Shown here: positions 1 to 11,005 of the stretch, one piece after another
Numbering within the stretch: position 1 is the first letter of the stretch
Layout: each line of letters begins with the position of its first letter
Source: Euglena gracilis
Lineage: Eukaryota
Reading direction: 5' to 3'
DNA: 64,000 nt
NCBI GenBank assembly: GCA_039621445.1
Contig: CP154954.1
Location: forward strand, 40,293,572-40,357,571
Notes under the pieces: generated by a model
Database searches by the model: none
Told to the model about the DNA's origin: nothing
What the model saw: only the letters and a program-made list of their open reading frames with translations
Program-made: the position numbers and the translations under genes

Positions 1-72
1 TAGGCCAAAAATAGGTGTGGATCGACTAACAGACTTGATGCACTGCCGTGGATCGACTAACAGACAAGTACC

Positions 73-3000
73 CCAAAACGTCCCACCAGCCCCCGGGACC
101 AGGTCAGCTGGGTTCCCCACCCCCCAAAAACCCCAGAATCAGCTGAGCCGCTGCTGGTCACCACCCCACAATCACAAAATTTTGCCTTTTTTTTGTGTGT
201 AATTTGGGACCATCATTCAATCTGGCTTTGAAAACCACACCCCCGCCCCTCTTGAACAGCTGAGAATTGTCAAAATTTTGCAATTCGGGGGGGGGGTTGA
301 GCAGCGCTGTATCCCCCCAAAATTTGACATTTTTTTGAATCAATCGGGGCATGGGGTGTGCCAAAATGTCCCACCGGCCCCCGGGACCAGGTCAGCTGGG
401 TTCCCCACCCCCCAAAACCCCCATGAATATCAGAACCACTGCTGCTCAACACCCCCCCAAATAGCAAAATTTTCACAATTTTTGGGTGCTAATCGGGGGG
501 GGGGGGGGCGTGTGGGGGCGTGATTTTCGGGGCCAGATTGCCTCAATGCCAGGTAACGGGTTGCGCCAAAACGTCCCACCGGCCCCCGGGACCAGGTCAG
601 CTGGGTTCCCCACCCCCCAAAAACCCATGAATATCAGCACCACTGCTGCTCAACACCCCCCAAATAGCAAAATCTTCACAATATTTGGGCGTTAATCGGG
701 GGGGGGGGGGCGTGGGGGCGTGATTTTCGGGGCCAGATTGCCTCAATGCCAGGAATTGGGGGGTGCCAAAACGTGCGACCAGCCCCCGGGACCAGGTCAG
801 CTGGGTTCCCCACCCCCAAAAACCCCACAATAACTAAAACCACTGCTGGTGAACACCCCACAATAGCAAATTTTGGGCTTTTTTGTGGTATAGGGGGGGG
901 GGGGGGGGGGGGGGGCGTGGTTTCAAGGACCAGATTGCCTCAATGCCAGGAATTGGGGGGGCCAAAACGTGCGACCAGCCCCCGGGACCAGGTCAGCTGG
1001 GTTCCCCACCCCCAAAAACCACACAGTAATTGAAACCACTGCTGAAAACACCCCACAATTGCAAAAGTTTTGGCAATTTTTTGGTATAAATCGGGGCGGA
1101 AGGGGGGGGCGTGGTTCTCGGGACCAGATTGCCTCAATGCCAGGAATTGGGGGGTGCCAAAACGTGCAACCAGCCCCCGGGACCAGGTCAGCTGGGTTCC
1201 CCACCACCAAAAACCACACAGTAATTGAAACCACTGCTGAAAACACCCCACAATTGCAAAAGTTTTGGCAATTTTTTGGTATAAATCGGGGCGGAAGGGG
1301 GGGGGGGCGTGGTTCTCGGGACCAGATTGCCTCAATGCCAGGAATTGGGGGGTGCCAAAACGTGCGACCGGCCCCTGGGACCAGGTCAGCTGGGTTCCCC
1401 ACCCCCCAAAAACCCATGAATATCAGCACCACTGCTGCTCAACACCCCCCAAATAGCAAAATCTTCACAATCTTTGGGCGTTAATCGGGGGTGGGGGGGC
1501 GTGGGGGCGTGATTTCGGGGCCAGATTGGCTCAATGCCAGGAATTGGGGGGTGCCAAAACGTGCGACCAGCCCCCGGGACCAGGTCAGCTGGGTTCCCCA
1601 CCCCCAAAACCCCACAATAACTAAAACCACTGCTGGTGAACACCCCACAATAGCAAATTCTTGGCATTTTTTTGGTATAAGTCGGGGCGGAGGGGGGGGG
1701 CGTGGTTTCAAGGACCAGATTGCCTCAATGCCAGGAATTGGGGGGTGCCAAAACGTGCAACCAGCCCCCGGGACCAGGTCAGCTGGGTTCCCCACCCCCA
1801 AAAACCACACAGTAATTGAAACCACTGCTGAAAACACCCCACAATGGCAAAATTTTGGTAAATCGGGGGGGGGGGGGGGGGGGGGGGCGTGGTTTCAAGG
1901 ACCAGATTGCCTCAATGCCAGGAATTGGGGGGTGCCAAAACGTGCGACCGGCCCCCGGGACCAGGTCAGCTGGGTTCCCCACCCCCAAAAACCCCACAGT
2001 AATTGAAACCACTGCTGAAAACACCCCACAATTGCAAAAGTTTTGGCAATTTTTTGGTATAAATCGGGGCGGAAGGGGGGGGGGGGGCGTGGTTCTCGGG
2101 ACCAGATTGCCTCAATGCCAGGAATTGGGGGGTGCCAAAACGTGCGACCGGCCCCTGGGACCAGGTCAGCTGGGTTCCCCACCCCCAAAAAACCCATAAT
2201 AACTGAAACCACTGCTGAAAACACCCCACAATTGCAAAAGTTTTGGCAATTTTTTGGTATAAATCGGGGGGGAGGGCGGGGGGGCGTGGTTCTCGGGACC
2301 AGATTGCCTCAATGCCAGGAATTGGGGGGTGCCAAAACGTGCGACCGGCCCCTGGGACCAGGTCAGCTGGGTTCCCCACCCCCCAAAAACCCATGAATAT
2401 CAGCACCACTGCTGCTCAACACCCCCCAAATAGCAAAATCTTCACAATCTTTGGGCGTTAATCGGGGGGGGGGGTGGGGGCGTGATTTTCGGGGCCAGAT
2501 TGGCTCAATGCCAGGAATTGGGGGGGGGGGGCCAAAACGTGCGACCAGGGACCAGGTCAGCTGGGTTCCCCACCCCCAAAACCCCACAATAATTGAAACC
2601 ACTGCTGAAAACACCCCACAATTGCAAAAGTTTTGGCAATTTTTTGGTATAAATCGGGGCGGAAGGGGGGGGGGGGGCGTGGTTCTCGGGACCAGATTGC
2701 CTCAATGCCAGGAATTGGGGGGTGCCAAAACGTGCGACCGGCCCCTGGGACCAGGTCAGCTGGGTTCCCCACCCCCAAAAAACCCATAATAATTGAAACC
2801 ACTGCTGAAAACACCCCACAATGGCAAAATTTTGGCAATTTTTTGGTGTAAATCGGGGCGGGGGGGGGGGCGTGGTTTCAAGGACCAGATTGCCTCAATG
2901 CCAGGAATTGGGGGGTGCCAAAACGTGCGACCAGCCCCCGGGACCAGGTCAGCTGGGTTCCCCACCCCCAAAACCCCACAATAACTAAAACCACTGCTGG

Positions 3001-6000
3001 TGAACACCCCACAATAGCAAATTCTTGGCATTTTTTTGGTATAAGTCGGGGCGGAGGGGGGGGGCGTGGTTTCAAGGACCAGATTGCCTCAATGCCAGGA
3101 ATTGGGGGGTGCCAAAACGTGCAACCAGCCCCCGGGACCAGGTCAGCTGGGTTCCCCACCCCCAAAAACCACACAGTAATTGAAACCACTGCTGAAAACA
3201 CCCCACAATGGCAAAATTTTGGCAATTTTTTGGTGTAAATCGGGGCGGGGGGGGGGGGGGTGGTTTTAAGGACCAGATTGCCTCAATGCCAGGAATTGGG
3301 GGGGGGCAAAACGTGCGACCGGCCCCCGGGACCAGGTCAGCTGGGTTCCCCACCCCCAAAAACCCCACAGTAATTGAAACCACTGCTGAAAACACCCCAC
3401 AATTGCAAAAGTTTTGGCAATTTTTTGGTATAAATCGGGGCGGAAGGGGGGGGGGGGGGGTGCCCGGGCCCCGAGCGCCTCAATGCCAGGAATTGGGGGG
3501 TGCCAAAACGTGCGACCGGCCCCTGGGACCAGGTCAGCTGGGTTCCCCACCCCCAAAAAACCCATAATAACTGAAACCACTGCTGAAAACACCCCACAAT
3601 TGCAAAAGTTTTGGCAATTTTTTGGTATAAATCGGGGCGGAAGGGGGGGGGGGGCGTGGTTCTCGGGACCAGATTGCCTCAATGCCAGGAATTGGGGGGT
3701 GCCAAAACGTGCGACCGGCCCCTGGGACCAGGTCAGCTGGGTTCCCCACCCCCAAAAACCCATGAATATCAGCACCACTGCTGCTCAACACCCCCCAAAT
3801 AGCAAAATCTTCACAATCTTTGGGCGTTAAGGGGGGGGGGGGGGGGTGGGGGCGTGATTTTCGGGGCCAGATTGGCTCAATGCCAGGAATTGGGGGGGGG
3901 CCAAAACGTGCGACCAGGGACCAGGTCAGCTGGGTTCCCCACCCCCAAAACCCCACAATAATTGAAACCACTGCTGAAAACACCCCACAATTGCAAAAGT
4001 TTTGGCAATTTTTTGGTATAAATCGGGGCGGAAGGGGGGGGGGGGCGTGGTTCTCGGGACCAGATTGCCTCAATGCCAGGAATTGGGGGGTGCCAAAACG
4101 TGCGACCGGCCCCTGGGACCAGGTCAGCTGGGTTCCCCACCCCCAAAACCCCACAATAATTGAAACCACTGCTGAAAACACCCCACAATGGCAAAATTTT
4201 GGCAATTTTTTGGTGTAAATCGGGGCGGGGGGGGGGCGTGGTTTCAAGGACCAGATTGCCTCAATGCCAGGAATTGGGGGGTGCCAAAACGTGCGACCAG
4301 CCCCCGGGACCAGGTCAGCTGGGTTCCCCACCCCCAAAACCCCACAATAACTAAAACCACTGCTGGTGAACACCCCACAATAGCAAATTCTTGGCATTTT
4401 TTTGGTATAAGTCGGGGCGGAGGGGGGGGCGTGGTTTCAAGGACCAGATTGCCTCAATGCCAGGAATTGGGGGGTGCCAAAACGTGCAACCAGCCCCCGG
4501 GACCAGGTCAGCTGGGTTCCCCACCCCCAAAAACCACACAGTAATTGAAACCACTGCTGAAAACACCCCACAATGGCAAAATTTTGGCAATTTTTTGGTG
4601 TAAATCGGGGCGGGGGGGGGGGCGTGGTTTCAAGGACCAGATTGCCTCAATGCCAGGAACTGGGGGGTGCCAAAACGTGCGACCGGCCCCCGGGACCAGG
4701 TCAGCTGGGTTCCCCACCCCCAAAAACCCCACAGTAATTGAAACCACTGCTGAAAACACCCCACAATTGCAAAAGTTTTGGCAATTTTTTGGTATAAATC
4801 GGGGCGGAAGGGGGGGGGGGGCGTGGTTCTCGGGACCAGATTGCCTCAATGCCAGGAATTGGGGGGTGCCAAAACGTGCGACCGGCCCCTGGGACCAGGT
4901 CAGCTGGGTTCCCCACCCCCAAAAAACCCATAATAACTGAAACCACTGCTGAAAACACCCCACAATTGCAAAAGTTTTGGCAATTTTTTGGTATAAATCG
5001 GGGCGGAAGGGGGGGGGGCGTGGTTCTCGGGACCAGATTGCCTCAATGCCAGGAATTGGGGGGTGCCAAAACGTGCGACCGGCCCCTGGGACCAGGTCAG
5101 CTGGGTTCCCCACCCCCCAAAAACCCATGAATATCAGCACCACTGCTGCTCAACACCCCCCAAATAGCAAAATCTTCACAATCTTTGGGCGTTAATCGGG
5201 GGGGGGGGTGGGGGCGTGATTTTCGGGGCCAGATTGGCTCAATGCCAGGAATTGGGGGGGGGGCCAAAACGTGCGACCAGGGACCAGGTCAGCTGGGTTC
5301 CCCACCCCCAAAACCCCACAATAATTGAAACCACTGCTGAAAACACCCCACAATTGCAAAAGTTTTGGCAATTTTTTGGTATAAATCGGGGCGGAAGGGG
5401 GGGGGGCGTGGTTCTCGGGACCAGATTGCCTCAATGCCAGGAATTGGGGGGTGCCAAAACGTGCGACCGGCCCCTGGGACCAGGTCAGCTGGGTTCCCCA
5501 CCCCCAAAAAACCCATAATAATTGAAACCACTGCTGAAAACACCCCACAATGGCAAAATTTTGGCAATTTTTTGGTGCAAATCGGGGCGGGGGGGGGGCG
5601 TGGTTTCAAGGACCAGATTGCCTCAATGCCAGGAATTGGGGGGTGCCAAAACGTGCGACCAGCCCCCGGGACCAGGTCAGCTGGGTTCCCCACCCCCAAA
5701 ACCCCACAATAACTAAAACCACTGCTGGTGAACACCCCACAATAGCAAATTCTTGGCATTTTTTTGGTATAAGTCGGGGCGGAGGGGGGGGGGGGCGTGG
5801 TTTCAAGGACCAGATTGCCTCAATGCCAGGAATTGGGGGGTGCCAAAACGTGCAACCAGCCCCCGGGACCAGGTCAGCTGGGTTCCCCACCCCCAAAAAC
5901 CACACAGTAATTGAAACCACTGCTGAAAACACCCCACAATGGCAAAATTTTGGCAATTTTTTGGTGTAAATCGGGGCGGGGGGGGGGGCGTGGTTTCAAG

Positions 6001-8756
6001 GACCAGATTGCCTCAATGCCAGGAATTGGGGGGTGCCAAAACGTGCGACCGGCCCCCGGGACCAGGTCAGCTGGGTTCCCCACCCCCAAAAACCCCATAA
6101 TAACTGAAACCACTGCTGAAAACACCCCACAGTGGCAAAGCTTTGGCATTTTTTTTTGGTATAAATCGGGGCGGAAGGGCGGGGGGGCGCGGTTCTCGGG
6201 AGCAGATTGCCTCAATGCCAGGAGTTGGGGGGTGCCAAAACGTGCGACCGGCCCCTGGGACCAGGTCAGCTCCACCCCCAAAAAACCCATAATAACTGAA
6301 ACCACTGCTGAAAACACCCCACAATTGCAAAAGTTTTGGCAATTTTTTGGTATAAATCGGGGCGGAAGGGGGGGGGGGCGTGGTTCTCGGGACCAGATTG
6401 CCTCAATGCCAGGAATTGGGGGGTGCCAAAACGTGCGACCGGCCCCTGGGACCAGGTCAGCTGGGTTCCCCCCCCCCCCAAAAACCCATGAATATCAGCA
6501 CCACTGCTGCTCAACACCCCCCAAATAGCAAAATCTTCACAATCTTTGGGCGTTAATCGGGGGGGGGGGGGGGGGGCGTGATTTTCGGGGCCAGATTGGC
6601 TCAATGCCAGGAATTGGGGGGGGGGCCAAAACGTGCGACCAGGGACCAGGTCAGCTGGGTTCCCCACCCCCAAAACCCCACAATAATTGAAACCACTGCT
6701 GAAAACACCCCACAATTGCAAAAGTTTTGGCAATTTTTTTGGTATAAATCGGGGCGGAAGGGGGGGGGGCGTGGTTCTCGGGACCAGATTGCCTCAATGC
6801 CAGGAATTGGGGGGTGCCAAAACGTGCGACCGGCCCCTGGGACCAGGTCAGCTGGGTTCCCCACCCCCAAAAAACCCATAATAATTGAAACCACTGCTGA
6901 AAACACCCCACAATGGCAAAATTTTGGCAATTTTTTGGTGTAAATCGGGGCGGAGGGGGGGGGGGCGTGGTTTCAAGGACCAGATTGCCTCAATGCCAGG
7001 AATTGGGGGGTGCCAAAACGTGCGACCAGCCCCCGGGACCAGGTCAGCTGGGTTCCCCACCCCCAAAAACCCCACAGTAATTGAAACCACTGCTGAAAAC
7101 ACCCCACAATTGCAAAAGTTTTGGCAATTTTTTGGTATAAATCGGGGCGGAAGGGGGGGGGGCGTGGTTCTCGGGACCAGATTGCCTCAATGCCAGGAAT
7201 TGGGGGGTGCCAAAACGTGCAACCAGCCCCCGGGACCAGGTCAGCTGGGTTCCCCACCCCCAAAAACCCATAATAATTGAAACCACTGCTGAAAACACCC
7301 CACAATTGCAAAAGTTTTGGCAATTTTTTGGTATAAATCGGGGCGGAAGGGGGGGGGGGCGTGTTTCTCGGGACCAGATTGCCTCAATGCCAGGAATTGG
7401 GGGGTGCCAAAACGTGCGACCGGCCCCTGGGACCAGGTCAGCTGGGTTCCCCACCCCCCAAAAACCCATGAATATCAGCACCACTGCTGCTCAACACCCC
7501 CCAAATAGCAAAATCTTCACAATCTTTGGGCGTTAATCGGGGGGGGGGGGGCGTGGGGGCGTGATTTTCGGGGCCAGATTGGCTCAATGCCAGGAATTGG
7601 GGGGGGCCAAAACGTGCGACCAGCCCCCGGGACCAGGTCAGCTGGGTTCCCCACCCCCAAAACCCCACAATAATTGAAACCACTGCTGAAAACACCCCAC
7701 AATTGCAAAAGTTTTGGCAATTTTTTGGTATAAATCGGGGCGGAAGGGGGGGGGGCGTGGTTCTCGGGACCAGATTGCCTCAATGCCAGGAATTGGGGGG
7801 TGCCAAAACGTGCGACCGGCCCCTGGGACCAGGTCAGCTGGGTTCCCCACCCCCCAAAAACCCATGAATATCAGCACCACTGCTGCTCAACACCCCCCAA
7901 ATAGCAAAATCTTCACAATCTTTGGGCGTTAATCGGGGGGGGGGGGGCGTGGGGGCGTGATTTTCGGGGCCAGATTGGCTCAATGCCAGGAATTGGGGGG
8001 TGCCAAAACGTGCAACCAGCCCCCGGGACCAGGTCAGCTGGGTTCCCCACCCCCAAAAACCACACAGTAATTGAAACCACTGCTGAAAACACCCCACAAT
8101 TGCAAAAGTTTTGGCAATTTTTTTGGTATAAATCGGGGCGGAAGGGGAGGTGGCGTGGTTTCAAGGACCAGATTGCCTCAATGCCAGGAGTTGGGGGGTG
8201 CCAAAACGTGCGGCCAGCCCCCGGGACCAGGTCAGCTGGGTTCCCCACCCCCCAAAACCCCATACTGATGGAACCAATGCCGAAAATACCCCACGATAGC
8301 AAAATTTTTGCAATTTTTTTGGTATAAATCGGGGCGGAGGGGGGGGGGCGTGGTTCTCGGGACCAGATTGCCTCAATGCCAGGAATTGGGGGGTGCCAAA
8401 ACGTGCAACCAGCCCCCGGGACCAGGTCAGCTGGGTTCCCCACCCCCAAAAACCCCATAATAACTGAAACCACTGCTGAAAACACCCCACAATGGCAAAA
8501 TTTTGGCAATTTTTTGGTATAAATCGGGGCGGAAGGGGGGGGGCGTGGTTCTCGGGACCAGATTGCCTCAATGCCAGGAATTGATGCCAGGAATTGGGGG
8601 GTGCCAAAACGTGCGACCAGCCCCCGGGACCAGGTCAGCTGGGTTCCCCACCCCAAAAACCACACAGTAATTGAAACCACTGCTGAAAACACCCCACAAT
8701 TGCAAAAGTTTTGGCAATTTTTTGGTATAAATCGGGGCGGAAGGGGGGGGGGGGCG
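73..8756. repeat. ~196-bp satellite array 1, with monomer variants in a higher-order arrangement
   Basis: Core GGACCAGATTGCCTCAATGCCAGGAATTGGGGGGTGCCAAAACGTGCGACC...GGGACCAGGTCAGCTGGGTTCCCCACCCCCAAAA recurs every ~195-200 bp; G-run lengths vary. Confidence 0.97.
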
Positions 8757-9327
8757 TGGGAACCCAGCTGGCCTTGGTGCCTGCGGATTGTGCCCCATCA
8801 GGCACCTCTCAAATACCCCCGTCAGTATTTTGCTATTTCGGCCCAACATTTGTCCAATGAGGAAATGTTTTTCATCAAATGATGTGGGTTTTGCGTGAGA
8901 AGTTTGGTTAACCAATCTCTGTCCGTTTTAACCGTGTTAACCATGGTTAATCACTCATTCCCCGCTTTAGCGGTTACTTGGGGGGGGGGTCTTTTTTTCC
9001 AGCAGGTTCTCAATTTGGTGTGAAATCCAATTTTCAGCAGTAGGAATGCCTGATTTTTGGAAAATTTTTTCCATACCTTGGGTTCGGTCAATTTGGCAAC
9101 CGAAAATGTGGTGTTCCGCCACTGGTCCAAACCACACCCTATGCATGTGACGCTGCTTCCGCACCTTCTGCAGATCCATTGCAAGAAATGATGATTCATT
9201 GAGATTGAGCAATCACCATGCTTCGGACGAAACCTGATTTCGAAACAATTGAATATCTGCAAGGCGATGACGCAGATTCAGACGACGATTGTTATGAAGG
9301 TGATGTCTCTCACCAGCAAAATGCTTA

Positions 9328-9431
9328 CCTCCCCCCCCCATGCCTAATGAACACCCTTGCCCAATGAACAGGGGGTGTTCGGACCGTCTAGATTGTCACC
9401 TTAGTGTTCATTGGGCTTGGGGAGGGGGAGG
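9328..9431. mobile_element. ~104-bp TA-flanked palindromic MITE (second copy 15168-15271)
   Basis: TA|CCTCCCCC...GGGGGAGG|TA ends; internal inverted repeat GCCTAATGAACAC/GTGTTCATTGGGC. Confidence 0.6.
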
Positions 9432-10072
9432 TACAATTTTGGGCGTCAATCGGGGGGGGGGCATGGCGGCGTGATTTTCGGGGCCAGATTGCCTCAATGC
9501 CAGGAAATGGGGTGCGCCAGAACGCCCCACCAGCCCCCGGGACCAGGTCAGCTGGGTTCCCCACCCCCCTAAACCCCAGAATCAGCCGAGCCACTGCTGG
9601 TCACCACCCACAATCGCAAAAGTTTGCCTTTGTGTAATTTGGGACCATCTGTGTGACGGGTCAAAAGGCAGGGTTTCTGGTTCGTGAAGGAACAGGGTCA
9701 GGGTTAGTGTCAGAGACCCAGTCCGGGGGATGGTGGCACGTTTTGGCACCCCGCATTTCTTGGCATTCAATCTGGCTTTGAAAACCACGCCCCGCCCCCC
9801 CCCCCCCCCCTTTCAACAGCTGAAATTTGTTAAAATTTTGCAATTCGGGGGGTTGAGCAGCGCTGTATCCCCCCCCCAAAATTTGACATTTTTTTGAATC
9901 AATTGGGGCATGCTGTGTGTCAAAACGGGTACTTGTCTGTTAGTCGATCCACGGCAAAACAGGTCGATCCACACCTATTTTGGCCTACTTTGGGTCACTG
10001 ATGTATTTTAGGTCACTGGAAAGCACATAACAGGGTCAGAAGATACGGCTGGTGTCGACACAGGGTCTAGAG

Positions 10073-10208
10073 AGTTAGGGTCAGGGTCAGGGTCAGGGTT
10101 TAGGGTTAGGGTTCTGGGTTCGGGTTTGGGTTTAGGGTTGGGTTTTGGTTTAGGTAAACCCTAACCCTAACCGTAACCCTTACCCAAAACCCAAAACCCT
10201 AACCGTAA
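10073..10208. repeat. Degenerate telomere-like tracts in head-to-head orientation (copy at ~15911-16046)
   Basis: TTAGGG/TCAGGG/TTTGGG variants switch at ~10155 to CCCTAA/CCGTAA variants. Confidence 0.8.
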
Positions 10209-10396
10209 CCCCCCCCCCCCTAGTCGTACGACCACCCCTCATTTACGACCACCCCCCAGCCACAGGTTGCAGGTCATGGGGGTGTTATGACCACCTCCCC
10301 CGGTCACAGGTTGCAGGTTATGGGGGTGTTACGACCACCCCCCCCCCCCCGGTCACAGGTTGCAGGAACCCGGTCGTACGACTAGGGGAGGGGGGG
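10209..10396. mobile_element. ~190-bp MITE with CCCC-TAGTCGTACGACC TIRs (copies ~16047-16239, ~19041-19175, ~25733-26140)
   Basis: CCCCTAGTCGTACGACC...GGTCGTACGACTAGGGG; internal repeats of CACAGGTTGCAGG; TA/TAA flanks. Confidence 0.75.
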
Positions 10397-10598
10397 TAAC
10401 CCTAAACCGTGACCCTAACCCTTACTCTCTAGACAACCCTCTCTGTGCCGACACCAGCCGTATCTTCTGACCCTTTTTTTTGTGCTTTCCCTGTCCATTA
10501 GTGACCCAAAGAGGGTCAAAAATAGGGTTAGGGATAGGGTTAGGGAAAGGGTTAGGGTTATGGTCACATTGCCCTAACCCTAAACCTAACCCTAACTC

Positions 10599-10833
10599 GG
10601 TACTTGTTCGGTAAGGGACCGCCAGTGAAATTTCTCTAAGTCGGTTATCATGGGGTTAATTGAAGGAGTAGGGTTAGGTGCGCACAAGGCCATTTTGCGC
10701 TACATGGCCATGTTGCGCAACATGGCCATGTAGCGCAAAATGGGCATGTGCGCACCTAACCCTACTCCTTCAATAACCCTAAAAATTCCGACTTAGAGAA
10801 ATTTCACTGGCGGTGCTTTACCGAACAAGTACC
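10599..10833. mobile_element. 235-bp near-perfect palindromic MITE (copy 16443-16677)
   Basis: GGTACTTGTTCGGTAA...TTACCGAACAAGTACC centred on TTGCGCAA; perfect 8-bp TSD CCTAACTC (10591-10598 and 10834-10841). Confidence 0.88.
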
Positions 10834-11005
10834 CCTAACTCTGCAGACCCTGTGCCGACACCAGCCGTATCTTCTGACCCTGTTTTGTGCTTTCCCTGTC
10901 CCTCAGTGACCCAAAGTAGGCCAAAAATAGGAGTAGGCCAAAAATAGGTGTGGATCGACTAACAGACTTGATGCACTGCCGTGGATCGACTAACAGACAA
11001 GTACC

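Larger units (their letters stand above)
9928..11005. mobile_element. 1.08-kb non-autonomous foldback DNA transposon, Merlin/IS1016-like ends
   Basis: 29-bp perfect TIR GGTACTTGTCTGTTAGTCGATCCACGGCA extended by ~150 bp of imperfect inverted arms; 8-bp TSD TCAAAACG/CCAAAACG; empty-site-like sequence at ~346-385. Confidence 0.8.

Noticed and set aside
9185-9241. ATGATGA...GGACGAAACCTGA resembling a C/D snoRNA or hammerhead core
   Set aside because: No CUGANGA or stem II pairing, no recognisable rRNA guide, and the segment is altered in the 18.3-kb copy.
10073-10208. True telomere or chromosome-fusion site
   Set aside because: Tracts are short, degenerate, enclosed in a TIR element and repeated in each macro-unit.
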